Assembly (NCBI GenBank): GCA_964493715.1
Contig: CAZBPC010000016.1
Location: forward strand, 1-48,876
Length of the DNA: 48,876 bases
Source of the DNA: an uncultured archaeon
GTDB taxonomy: Archaea > Asgardarchaeota > Lokiarchaeia > Sigyniarchaeales > SOKP01
Reading direction: 5' to 3'
The notes under the pieces: model-generated
Seen by the model: the letters and a program-made list of their open reading frames with translations, nothing else
The model's database searches: none
Told to the model about the DNA's origin: nothing
Shown: positions 9,898 to 19,594 of the stretch, piece by piece
How the letters are laid out: each line of letters opens with the position of its first letter
How positions within the stretch are numbered: position 1 is the stretch's first letter
Made by a program: the position numbers and the translations under genes

Positions 9898-10827
9898 TTA
9901 ACTTAAAAGTGGTTTCAATATCATTTCTATTTTATTTAGAAAATCACTAAACTTTTCTAGAAATTCATCTTTTAATGATTCTTTAATAATTACTGATATA
10001 AATAGCGAATTTTCAGCAATATTTATTCTATGAAGATAAGAAAGCAGATTTTTTCCAATATTAGAAAAGCTATAATCTGCCTCATATGATTCCTCTAACA
10101 TTCTTTTAAGTAAAAACAGATGATCTTTTATTGATTCTATGAGTTCTATATAAATTTCAGGTTCAATAAATTCACTATAATATTCACTTATTATAATTCC
10201 ATTTTTATCAAAAACAATTAAAGAAGAGCAATTAAACTCTTTTAAATATGTTTCAAGTAGTTCTGAGAGATCAAAAAATTTATCATCGAATATAGACAAA
10301 CCATATGAAATTAGTTGAACGATGGAAATAATATCAAAAATTGAGGTTTGCTGAAATAATATCTTCACAGAGGGATATTTTTGTAAAATGATTTCTTGTA
10401 AATCTTCAACTTGTCTAATAATTCCTTCATTCTCACGTAATTCCGGATCATATTTATGAAAGCTAATTATTAGTGGAATATCCATTTTATACTTCATGAA
10501 GTTTTGTAAAATCATATCTAAATAAGCGAGAGACGTTTCAAGTCTCTTGGTATCTTGAATATCAATGACGTAGACTAGTAAATCAGTATTCGCAAAATAA
10601 ATTTCTTGTTTCTCGTGATATAGTTCTCTGTATTTCTCTTGCCCGCCTAAATCCCAAAAAACAACTTTATTTTTTAAAAATTCTGTTGCATGATATTCAA
10701 CTCTAATTGTTGGTGTGAGGGATACAATGTCTTTTTGAAAATCATACTTTTTATCTAAAGCAGTTAAGATTGAAGTCTTACCAGCATTATCTAAGCCAGC
10801 TACAATTATTTTTACAAGCGATTCCAT
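9898..10827 (-). CDS. Arf/Rag-like small GTPase with C-terminal roadblock-like domain
   Basis: GLDNAGKT, PTI, WDLGGQ, HKYD and TSIFD motifs; C-terminal SSLIVFDKNGIIISE roadblock-like strand. Confidence 0.85.
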   Translation of the reverse strand: MESLVKIIVAGLDNAGKTSILTALDKKYDFQKDIVSLTPTIRVEYHATEFLKNKVVFWDLGGQEKYRELYHEKQEIYFANTDLLVYVIDIQDTKRLETSLAYLDMILQNFMKYKMDIPLIISFHKYDPELRENEGIIRQVEDLQEIILQKYPSVKILFQQTSIFDIISIVQLISYGLSIFDDKFFDLSELLETYLKEFNCSSLIVFDKNGIIISEYYSEFIEPEIYIELIESIKDHLFLLKRMLEESYEADYSFSNIGKNLLSYLHRINIAENSLFISVIIKESLKDEFLEKFSDFLNKIEMILKPLLS

Positions 10828-11049
10828 TACTATCACGTTAAATTTTAAGATCCTTGGTTATTTTCGAATATTATATTATCAAATAAAATTCATTATTTTT
10901 AATCTTATGTTCTTCCCGTTAAGAAGCAAGATCGCGCGTGTTCTTTTGATAATATTCACGTGTTAATCGCGAGTCATATAAATAACACTCTTATTTTAAT
11001 TAATGAGCCTTTTTTATATCGTCAATTGAATTAATTTAGAAAGGTAGTA

Positions 11050-11277
11050 ATGATGGAAGGAAAAAAAAACAATTTTTTACAATATTTAGAATATCAAATT
11101 AACATCAAAAATAGGAGCGAGCAATTCAATATAAAATTCCCTTCATTTGAATCACAGATAAATGAAAAAAACTCCAAGATTATAAAGATGATTGACGAAT
11201 TTGATTATATGCGCCACAGAGAAGTATACGCTTCATTGGTGGAAGAGTTTACAACATTAATTCAAAAGAATAGATAA
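11050..11277 (+). CDS. Hypothetical protein (75 aa)
   Basis: ORF preceded by AAGGT; fills the gap between neighbours; no motif recognised. Confidence 0.55.
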   Translation: MMEGKKNNFLQYLEYQINIKNRSEQFNIKFPSFESQINEKNSKIIKMIDEFDYMRHREVYASLVEEFTTLIQKNR

Positions 11278-11280
11278 ATA

Positions 11281-11703
11281 TCATTCCCCAATAATTTGGC
11301 AATAAATTGTCCTACGACGAGGCTTTTCATCAAATTCACAGAAGATAATCTGTTGCCAAGTACCTAGAATTAACTTTCCGTTATGAAACGGAAAAGTTTC
11401 AGAGGTCTTAATAAGAAAACTTCTTATATGACCTGAACCATTTTGGTCTCCCCAAGTTCTATGATGTTTATAATCGCGTTTATATGGTATAATATTTTCT
11501 AAAAATTCATTTATATCATTTTGAACCAATCCTGGCTCAAATTCAATTGTTGAAATTGCACCTGTAGATCCAGCAATATGAGCATTAACGAGTCCATTGG
11601 TTATATTGCTAGAACTAACAGCATTTTGTATTTGAGCAGTAATATCAATTAAATCACAAAATGGATTTGATACTATCTCAAATGTTTTTAATATAACTGT
11701 CAT
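11281..11703 (-). CDS. yjbQ: YjbQ/UPF0047 family protein
   Basis: DITAQI, GSTGA, EFEPGL, HHRTWGDQNGSGH and LGTWQQI motifs. Confidence 0.9.
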   Translation of the reverse strand: MTVILKTFEIVSNPFCDLIDITAQIQNAVSSSNITNGLVNAHIAGSTGAISTIEFEPGLVQNDINEFLENIIPYKRDYKHHRTWGDQNGSGHIRSFLIKTSETFPFHNGKLILGTWQQIIFCEFDEKPRRRTIYCQIIGE

Positions 11704-11832
11704 TTTCAAGATCTAATTTTAACATTCTTTTTATTAAAGAAAGTAAGATAAATACTTTGAAAAGTTTTTTCAGAGATAATGGCCTTATAAAATTATACCT
11801 TTAATTTAATGATACAAATTTGCTGAAAAAAT

Positions 11833-12255
11833 ATGAGTGAAGATAAACTCAAAAAATTCTTAAAGAAAATTCATAACCCCAAAAATGATATTCCTCTTTA
11901 TGTCACTATTATTGTAAGACCCGGGAAGAAAATAATTGATTTTAAGATAAAAAAAGAAGAGGCAAATATCTTACGTGTTATTGCTCATGATGAAAAAAAA
12001 GTTGGGTATTTTATTCATTCATTTCACATACCCATCAAGAATTTGGGATTATCTCCAGATTCCAAAGATCAAGAAATCCTTAGCTATCTAACAAATCCAT
12101 CTAAAATACCTAACAAACCAACTAAAGACTTCGTTGAAGATATTCTCAGAAAATATATAGAGATTTTACCAGAAAAAGGACGGAATTATTTTAAAACTCA
12201 GAGATACAAGAAAAAGAAAGAAATGCAAACAGGTGTTAAATTAAAAGGATTTTAA
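11833..12255 (+). CDS. Hypothetical basic protein (140 aa)
   Basis: Intact ORF with typical codon usage; no family recognised. Confidence 0.65.
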   Translation: MSEDKLKKFLKKIHNPKNDIPLYVTIIVRPGKKIIDFKIKKEEANILRVIAHDEKKVGYFIHSFHIPIKNLGLSPDSKDQEILSYLTNPSKIPNKPTKDFVEDILRKYIEILPEKGRNYFKTQRYKKKKEMQTGVKLKGF

Positions 12256-12256
12256 G

Positions 12257-13129
12257 TTATTCATCATTCTTTAAGGGCATCCCATCTAAGGATACCTTTT
12301 CAAACTTTATAGGTTTTCTCTCTCTATAGGGATTAATTATATCTAATATTTTTCGTCCTACGGTTATGTATCCTGTATGACCAATCATTCTTACTTGAGG
12401 CCTCGTTGCGTTTTCTTTTACTTGCATAGTTCTTTTAATCAATTCATAAGTGTAGATCTCAGTGAATTCATTCTGTTGCAAGGCGATTGTTGTCTTTTTA
12501 ACTTGTTCTATAGTAGGAGAAAAAGAAACTAACGTTCCAGAAAATTTCAAGTATTTTTTTACATTGGAAATTGCCTCCCAAGGTTGAGGCATATCTAAAA
12601 TAACGGAATCGATATTTTTATGATCCATTTCGTCAATAAGAATATCTCCATTTTTAATTGAAACAAATTCTTGTAAATTTGCTCGTACGATATTTCTCTC
12701 CGCAGTCCGCAAACTCTTTTCTCTAATATCATATGAGTAAACATGCCCATTTGGTTGCACATATGTTCCTAATATACAGGTCAATGCTCCAGATCCACAT
12801 CCTGCTTCGATTACAATACTACCAGGTTTAATTCCAGAGTACATAATGATAAGTCCCGCATCTTCAGGATAAATGATTTGTGTTTTTCTGCCCATATAAA
12901 TTACATAATCAGAAGGTAAAGGCTTTAGAACATAGAATTTGTAACCTTGAGTATCATGTGGATGCGAAAATACGACTGTACCAAATGATTTCCCGATTAA
13001 ATCATCGAATTTGATAATACCTAAATGGGAGTGAAATTCTTTTCCTTTTTCTACCTGTACAAGCCATCTCCTTCGCTCATCTAATATTAGAAAAACAAGA
13101 TCGTTATCTTGTATTAGTCTATCGCTCAT
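12257..13129 (-). CDS. trmI: tRNA (adenine-N1)-methyltransferase (m1A57/58)
   Basis: TQIIYPED, EAGCGSGALT, LDMPQPW, SPTIEQV and MIGHTGY motifs. Confidence 0.93.
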   Translation of the reverse strand: MSDRLIQDNDLVFLILDERRRWLVQVEKGKEFHSHLGIIKFDDLIGKSFGTVVFSHPHDTQGYKFYVLKPLPSDYVIYMGRKTQIIYPEDAGLIIMYSGIKPGSIVIEAGCGSGALTCILGTYVQPNGHVYSYDIREKSLRTAERNIVRANLQEFVSIKNGDILIDEMDHKNIDSVILDMPQPWEAISNVKKYLKFSGTLVSFSPTIEQVKKTTIALQQNEFTEIYTYELIKRTMQVKENATRPQVRMIGHTGYITVGRKILDIINPYRERKPIKFEKVSLDGMPLKNDE

Positions 13130-13367
13130 TATTTATTGATTTTCATCATAATTTAATGTTTATATTTATAGAATAATACTTTAAGTTTAAAGATTTTAGG
13201 GATAAACTCTATATTTTTAAGTACTCCTTTTTTTGACAAACATGTAGTTAGATGGTGAGAAAATCTCCTTTTTAAAATTATTACAAAAAATATAAAATAA
13301 ATGGTAAATTGAAATACTTAATAATTAGTATAATCTTCTTTATAATTACTCGATTAAGAATCTATTC

Positions 13368-14294
13368 ATGAGTAAAGAAAATAATAGCGCATCTCAACCT
13401 TCTAGGGACTCATTTAGAGGATTACAACTCCAGATTGAGGACTTTCGAGAAAAAAGGGATGAGTTAAATAAAAAAACAAAAGAATTTATAATTGAATTAC
13501 AAGAGATTGATACAGAGATCGATAATTTACTTAAGGTATCAAAAGAAAATTACAAAAAGAAGAGAGATTATTGGAATAGCAAAGTAAAAATCCTCAAAGA
13601 AAAAAAGAATGAATATAAATCAATTCTCGACTCTTGCCTAGAGGAGCAAAAAGCACTTCAGAAAGAATTCAAAAAAGATAAAAATCCCCAAAATAATTTC
13701 TCATCCATCAAGCAAATTGAACGCAAAATTGAGAACTTAGAAAGAGTCATTGAAACCGAAAAATTAGATATTGCTGAAGAAAACTCGATTATAGATAAAA
13801 TTGGGGAATTAGCAGAAGTAAAACAAGATTTTTTATCAGAACAGAAAAATTCTGAAATCTTTAAAATCGAACGAAAAATCCAGATCGTTAAAATCAATTT
13901 AAATAAAATCTACGAGCAATTAACAAAATGGTCAAATAAATCTCAAAATTATCATTCAAAACTCCAAGAAGTCTATGATCGGATAAACGAATTAAAAGAA
14001 AAGAAGAAAAAAACCGAAGAAGAACTAATTGAAAACAAGAAAGCTGCTGATGCTTATCATGAACAATTTTTAAAAGTTATGAATCAGAGGAAAACTGCTT
14101 CCAAAAGGAAAGCTCCACATACTCGCAATAAGAAACCTGAGAAATTTCAGAAATCATATAGATATAATAAAGAGAAAAATGACGAACTTCAAAAACTTAA
14201 AGATGACAAATTAGCTACTGCCCTGGAGAAGCAAAAAGCAGGAAAGCGATTAAATTTATATGAAGCACGATTGATCTTGGAATCAAGGAATTAA
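13368..14294 (+). CDS. Archaeal long coiled-coil protein (COG1340-like)
   Basis: Heptad-rich; REKRDELN, LERVIETEKLDIAEE, KKAADAYHE and C-terminal KAGKRLNLYE. Confidence 0.75.
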   Translation: MSKENNSASQPSRDSFRGLQLQIEDFREKRDELNKKTKEFIIELQEIDTEIDNLLKVSKENYKKKRDYWNSKVKILKEKKNEYKSILDSCLEEQKALQKEFKKDKNPQNNFSSIKQIERKIENLERVIETEKLDIAEENSIIDKIGELAEVKQDFLSEQKNSEIFKIERKIQIVKINLNKIYEQLTKWSNKSQNYHSKLQEVYDRINELKEKKKKTEEELIENKKAADAYHEQFLKVMNQRKTASKRKAPHTRNKKPEKFQKSYRYNKEKNDELQKLKDDKLATALEKQKAGKRLNLYEARLILESRN

Positions 14295-14544
14295 TTCCAA
14301 AGATTGATTTAGGGGCACTAACACCTTTTATCTACAATATTATTATAAAAATAGTTGTTTTTTGTTTCATATTTCATCAATTTTGAACAATATCGAATAA
14401 TATTCTTATTTTAAAATATATGGCGTTTTCCATATTAAAATTTGATTAAATTTATTGGTTCGATTTATTTTTTTATCATGATTTATTAAAATTACATAAT
14501 GTATTATCATATAAATTTACCAAAATATGAAAGGTGAAATAAAA

Positions 14545-15873
14545 TTGAAGAATATAGTAACTGAAATCCGTGAGCATTTAATGAATCATAATGACTGGTT
14601 TAGCAAGTCTATACCACTAATCGCTTCAGAAAATATTACAAGTCATGCAGTTGATGAAGCATGTAATTCAGACTTTAGCCATCGGTATGCAGAGGGCTGG
14701 GTTAACGAAAGAGTGTATGCTGGATGTCGATACATTGATAAAGTCGAAGAAATTTGTATGGAATTGGCTAAAAAGTACTTTAGATCTATTCATGCTGATG
14801 TTCGACCAATCTCTGGAGTGGTAGCTAATTTAACAATGTATAATGCTTTAACTTCAGACAACAATGGAAAAATGTGCTGCATGTCAATTATTCGAGGAGG
14901 ACACATTTCTCACGGTCCACGATTTGCAAAAAGTGGAAGAGAAATATTTGGAACTGCTGGGACTACAAGAGGTTTAAATATCGAATATCTTGCCTTTGAT
15001 AATGATGAAATGAATTTAGATATTGATGGATCGGCTAAAATTATTAGGGAATTTGAACCCGAATTGGTGTTGTTTGGAGGATCTGTATTTCTATTTCCTC
15101 ACCCTGTGAAGGAACTTAGCAATGTTGCTAAGGAAGTGGGAGCTTATGTTGGATACGATGCCGCTCACGTCGCGGGTTTAATCGGTTCTGGATATTTTCA
15201 AGATCCTCTGAGAGAAGGCGCTGATGTAATGACAATGAGCACTCATAAAACCCTCCCCGGTCCTCAGCATGGAACATTAGTTTCCAATAGAGAGGATTTA
15301 GTTGATAAGCTAAAGTCATGTGCATTTCCAGCGCTTTTATCAAATCATCATTTGCATAACGTAGCTGGTTTAGCTATTGCTTATGCAGAAATGCTTGAAT
15401 TTGGAAAAAGATATCATAAAAATGTAATTGATAATGCAAAGGCTCTCGGACAAGCTCTTAATGAAAGAGGTTTATCAGTTCTAATGGAACACAAAGGTTT
15501 CACAGAGTCTCATCAAATATTGGTTGATATTGCTGATTTTGAAAAATCTATTGGATTAGGTGGAGACATTGAGAAATTATTGGAAGCCAGTAATATAATT
15601 TTGAATAGAAACTTACTTCCTCGTGATCTCACTGAAGGAAGGCATTATCAAAACCCAGGAGGTTTGAGAATAGGAACTTCTGAAGTTACTAGGTTAGGGA
15701 TGGGAAAAAGTGAAATGGTAGATATTGCTGAATTCATAAAAAAAATTGTGATTGATAAGAAAGATCCCAAAAAGGTAAAGGATGAAGTTATTGAATTTCG
15801 AAAAGGCTTCCAAGAAATACAATACTGTTTTGATAAACCCAACAAAGCATACGAATATTTGAAATTTTATTAA
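14545..15873 (+). CDS. glyA: Serine hydroxymethyltransferase
   Basis: LIASEN, YAEG, GGHISH, YDAAH, STHKTLPGPQ (PLP Lys) and GLRIGT motifs. TTG 14545 lies 7 nt after GGTGA; ATG 14527 is the alternative. Confidence 0.96.
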   Translation: MKNIVTEIREHLMNHNDWFSKSIPLIASENITSHAVDEACNSDFSHRYAEGWVNERVYAGCRYIDKVEEICMELAKKYFRSIHADVRPISGVVANLTMYNALTSDNNGKMCCMSIIRGGHISHGPRFAKSGREIFGTAGTTRGLNIEYLAFDNDEMNLDIDGSAKIIREFEPELVLFGGSVFLFPHPVKELSNVAKEVGAYVGYDAAHVAGLIGSGYFQDPLREGADVMTMSTHKTLPGPQHGTLVSNREDLVDKLKSCAFPALLSNHHLHNVAGLAIAYAEMLEFGKRYHKNVIDNAKALGQALNERGLSVLMEHKGFTESHQILVDIADFEKSIGLGGDIEKLLEASNIILNRNLLPRDLTEGRHYQNPGGLRIGTSEVTRLGMGKSEMVDIAEFIKKIVIDKKDPKKVKDEVIEFRKGFQEIQYCFDKPNKAYEYLKFY

Positions 15874-15876
15874 TAT

Positions 15877-15894
15877 TTTTTCTTCATTTTTTTT
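15877..15894 (+). terminator. Oligo-T archaeal terminator candidate after glyA
   Basis: TTTTTTCTTCATTTTTTT directly after the stop codon. Confidence 0.4.
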
Positions 15895-15982
15895 AAAAGA
15901 GAGAACAGAAAAATTTATCTAAAATAGCATGTTCCATATATTATTCATTTATTATACATAATCTTTTAGGTTTCTAAGTAAT

Positions 15983-16819
15983 ATGAGTTCTCTTAAGCTT
16001 GATATAATCGACAAGGATGAATATAATCTCAAGTTCATTGTTGAAGGAGTTTCTATCGAAATGATAAATGCTATCAGAAGAATTATGCTTACAGAAATCC
16101 CCGTAATGGCAATTGATGAAGTAATTATCTTAAAAAACGACAGTCCGCTTTATGATGAGATTATTGCTCATCGTTTAGGACTGCTTCCATTAAAGACAGA
16201 TTTAGATACATATAAACTTCCTGAAGAATGTGAATGTGAAGGGTATGGTTGTTCACTTTGTCAAGTATCATTAACGTGTGAAATAAGTAATTCTACAAAT
16301 GCTTTTTTAGAGATTTATTCTGGAGATCTTATTTCAAACGACCCTAAGATTGTACCAGTAAATTCAAGGATTCCTATAGTAAAAATTGATAAAAATGATA
16401 AAGTTATCATAGAAGCATATGCTATATTAGGAAAGGCTAAGGATCACGCGAAATGGCAAGCGGTTTCGAATTTTGCTTATCGACATTATCCCATTATAGA
16501 ATTTAATGAAAAAAAGATGAATGATCCTGAGATCAATAGTCTAGTAGTTAGGATGTGTCCTGAGAAGTTATATGAATTAAGCGGTAATAATGGATTAAAA
16601 TTGAAGAATGATTATTGGAAAACCTGCACGCTTTGTAAATCTTGTGAAAGCAATTCTGATAAAATTAAAGTATCCTATAAAGAGAATGTGTATATTGTTA
16701 CAGTAGAAAGTGATGGAGTATTACCTTTCGATGTTCTCTTCAAGAAGACATTTGAGATATTTAATGAAAAAATTGATGAATTTATTGAAAAATTAGAGGA
16801 TTTAAAGATAGAGACTTGA
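15983..16819 (+). CDS. rpoD: RNA polymerase subunit Rpo3 (D)
   Basis: NAIRRIMLTEIP, DEIIAHRLGLLPL and HAKWQ motifs; Zn site CECEGYGCSLC; Fe-S-type CP...CTLCKSC. Confidence 0.95.
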   Translation: MSSLKLDIIDKDEYNLKFIVEGVSIEMINAIRRIMLTEIPVMAIDEVIILKNDSPLYDEIIAHRLGLLPLKTDLDTYKLPEECECEGYGCSLCQVSLTCEISNSTNAFLEIYSGDLISNDPKIVPVNSRIPIVKIDKNDKVIIEAYAILGKAKDHAKWQAVSNFAYRHYPIIEFNEKKMNDPEINSLVVRMCPEKLYELSGNNGLKLKNDYWKTCTLCKSCESNSDKIKVSYKENVYIVTVESDGVLPFDVLFKKTFEIFNEKIDEFIEKLEDLKIET

Positions 16820-16896
16820 ATAATGAAAAATTTATTAAAATAATATAAATTTTAGTTTATATATTAAATATACCATAGTAATACGAGAGAGAAAAA

Positions 16897-17253
16897 ATGA
16901 GCCACCAGAGCAAAGGTCCAAGTAATTATTATAACAGAAAACTAATAAGAGAACTTTGGAAGACTAAGAGAAGAATATGGAAAAAAATTTCAAAAAAAGT
17001 AGCTAGCCCAAGAAGTAATAAAATAGAAGCTAATTTATACAGGATAAATAAGAAGACGAAAATCGATGATGTCATTGTTATTCCGGGCAAAGTATTGGGT
17101 ATTGGTGAATTAAATCATAAATTAACGATAGCTTGTTTGGAGTGTTCAAATCCTGCAAAGAAGAAAATTGAGCAATCCGGAAGCAAATTACTATCAATTA
17201 ACGAATTATTAGAACAAAATCCAGAAGGAAAAAACATAAAAATCTTTTACTAA
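16897..17253 (+). CDS. rpl18e: 50S ribosomal protein eL18
   Basis: NLYRIN and VIPGKVLG motifs; conserved position after rpoD. Confidence 0.93.
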   Translation: MSHQSKGPSNYYNRKLIRELWKTKRRIWKKISKKVASPRSNKIEANLYRINKKTKIDDVIVIPGKVLGIGELNHKLTIACLECSNPAKKKIEQSGSKLLSINELLEQNPEGKNIKIFY

Positions 17254-17270
17254 AAGGTAAGTGAAAAAGA

Positions 17271-17741
17271 ATGCAGGAATATCAATTAATAGATGCTACT
17301 GATAAGATATTGGGACGTTTATGTAGTCAAATTGCTAAAAAAGCATTATTAGGAGAAAAAATAGTAATTGTCAATGCAAAATATGCAATAGTAAGTGGAA
17401 CTAAGCAAAATATCCATAATAAATATTTAGAAAAATTGAATATACATACAGCTACAAACCCACGTCGTGGACCTTTTTGGCCAAGAAGGCCTGATACCTT
17501 TATGAGAAATGTTATCAAAAAAATGCTTCCTAGAAAGAAATTAAGGGGTAAAGAGGCATTGAAGAGAGTTCATGTTTATATCGGGGCTATACCCGACCGA
17601 TTTAAACCTAAATATCAGAAATTAACACCAGATGAAATTCCTAATTCTGATAAAAGTAGGTTATCATATTATAATAAATATATTACTTTAGAAAATCTTT
17701 GTACTCGAATTGGATGGAATAATAAGGAAATTGAGGTTTAA
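17271..17741 (+). CDS. rpl13: 50S ribosomal protein uL13
   Basis: IDATDKILGRL, GPFWPRRPD and KKMLP motifs. Confidence 0.95.
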   Translation: MQEYQLIDATDKILGRLCSQIAKKALLGEKIVIVNAKYAIVSGTKQNIHNKYLEKLNIHTATNPRRGPFWPRRPDTFMRNVIKKMLPRKKLRGKEALKRVHVYIGAIPDRFKPKYQKLTPDEIPNSDKSRLSYYNKYITLENLCTRIGWNNKEIEV

Positions 17742-17746
17742 TAAAG

Positions 17747-18163
17747 ATGTCAGAAAAAGTTAAATATATTCAATCTGCTGGAAAAAGAAAATCAGCTATT
17801 GCCAGAGCTACGCTAGGATTTCCTGCGAAAGGTCAAATCAAAATTAATAGTATTCCATTAGATATATATGAACCAGAAATTGGTAGATTAAGGATTAAAG
17901 AAGTGTTGGAAGTTGTTAACCATCCTAAACTCGAGAAGTGTGATATTTCAGTCAAAGTGAAAGGCGGGGGAATAATGAGCCAAACTGATGCTGTTCGAAT
18001 TGCTATTGCGAAAGCAATAAATAAATTTATTGGCACAAAGACAATTGAACGGTCCTTTCGAGAATACGATGAATCTCTGCTTTCTGGTGATTCAAGAAGA
18101 ACTGAACCAAAACATTTTGGTGGTAGGAAAGCTAGAGCAAGACGCCAGAAATCATTCAGATAA
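17747..18163 (+). CDS. rps9: 30S ribosomal protein uS9
   Basis: GKRKSAIARA, VKGGG and EPKHFGGRKARARRQKSFR motifs. Confidence 0.96.
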   Translation: MSEKVKYIQSAGKRKSAIARATLGFPAKGQIKINSIPLDIYEPEIGRLRIKEVLEVVNHPKLEKCDISVKVKGGGIMSQTDAVRIAIAKAINKFIGTKTIERSFREYDESLLSGDSRRTEPKHFGGRKARARRQKSFR

Positions 18164-18177
18164 TTTCTTGGTAAAAA

Positions 18178-19500
18178 TTAATCTATTTCTAATTTTGCAC
18201 CTAATTTGATCAAATCTTGTATAAAATCAGGATAGGAATCTTGAAAAATTTCAGCATTTTTTATTCTGGATTTTGAAGTCGCATATAATGCTGCTATGGT
18301 AAATGCCATTGCTATTCGATGATCATCTTCGTGGTTTATAATAGTACCTATAAGCTTATCACAGTGATGTATTACAAGGATTTTTTCATCATATTCTATT
18401 TTTACTCCCATTCTTTTCAATTCTCGCATCATTACCTTGATTCTATCGCTTTCTTTATATTTTAAAGTGGATATATTATAAAGAATAGTTTTAGAAGTAG
18501 CAAATGCGCCTATTACACATAAAATTGGAAAGAGATCAGGAATCCCATTGCAGTTTATTTCAATACCCTTTAAAATATTTTTTTTTAAATTTCCTCTGAC
18601 AACTAGCTGACCCTGAGTTCTATTTATCTCAATATCAGCACCCATTTCTTTTAAAATACTGATAAATCTTTTATCTCCTTGAGGTTTATCAAAATCTAAA
18701 TTTTTTATAATTACTTGAGAATCAACGGTTGAAATGACGACTGCAGCAATAATAAAAGCGACCGATGAGAAATCTCCAGGTATGGTAAATTCGGTTGCAA
18801 TAATTCGTTGGGGGTTAGAAACATAATATTTAGCAGTATTATCTTCATTGATTTTTTCTTCTACATTAACTCCGAAAGATTTTAAAACGTCAATTGTGAT
18901 TTCAATATAAGGATAGGATGAAAAGGGAGTTACTACATTAATCTCAACGGAGTCATTGTTCCCACATGGGATTATAGGACTTATCATTAAGAGAGCAGAA
19001 ATAAATTGTGAACTTATATTACCCGGGATATTAATAATATTACATTTTTCCTCTTTTCTTTCAATGTGTAATATATTGTTAGAAATTTTATATATAGCTC
19101 CGAAATCCTTCAAAGAATTTAATAATGGAAGAATAGGTCGATTTCTCGCAAAAAATTCTCCAGTAATATTTACACCGCCATCTATTAATAAAGACATAGC
19201 ACTAAAAAATCGTATGCTCGTGCCTGAATTCTTACAATCCAAAAGTTTTCCTTTTTGTTTTAAAATTTTATCCGGTCTTTCAACTTTATAATAGTTTTCT
19301 TTTAATTTATCAATATTTACACCAAAAGTTTTCAGTCCATCTAGCGTGATTTTAACGTCTCCGGAAGTTAAAGGATTCTCAATCATACTTGGTTCATTTG
19401 CTATACTAGCTACTAAAAAAACACGATGAGAATAACTTTTTGATGCCGGAGCTCTAATTTCACCTTGAAGTAGACTGGTTGGAAATATATTTAAGTTCAT
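18178..19500 (-). CDS. aroA: 3-phosphoshikimate 1-carboxyvinyltransferase
   Basis: ASKSYSHR, NSGTSIR, SSQFISA, GDFSS, KESDR and DHRIAM motifs. Confidence 0.95.
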   Translation of the reverse strand: MNLNIFPTSLLQGEIRAPASKSYSHRVFLVASIANEPSMIENPLTSGDVKITLDGLKTFGVNIDKLKENYYKVERPDKILKQKGKLLDCKNSGTSIRFFSAMSLLIDGGVNITGEFFARNRPILPLLNSLKDFGAIYKISNNILHIERKEEKCNIINIPGNISSQFISALLMISPIIPCGNNDSVEINVVTPFSSYPYIEITIDVLKSFGVNVEEKINEDNTAKYYVSNPQRIIATEFTIPGDFSSVAFIIAAVVISTVDSQVIIKNLDFDKPQGDKRFISILKEMGADIEINRTQGQLVVRGNLKKNILKGIEINCNGIPDLFPILCVIGAFATSKTILYNISTLKYKESDRIKVMMRELKRMGVKIEYDEKILVIHHCDKLIGTIINHEDDHRIAMAFTIAALYATSKSRIKNAEIFQDSYPDFIQDLIKLGAKLEID

Positions 19501-19594
19501 ATTTTCTTCTCAAAGATTTAATAATTCATAAAAAAGAATTAATAAAATATCAAAGTAATTAATTAATCATCAGATCGTACTAATGTGATATACA

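Noticed and set aside
13368-14294. SMC/ESCRT-III identity for the coiled-coil protein
   Set aside because: It has no Walker motifs, and its length and C-terminal pattern fit the COG1340-like archaeal coiled-coil family better.
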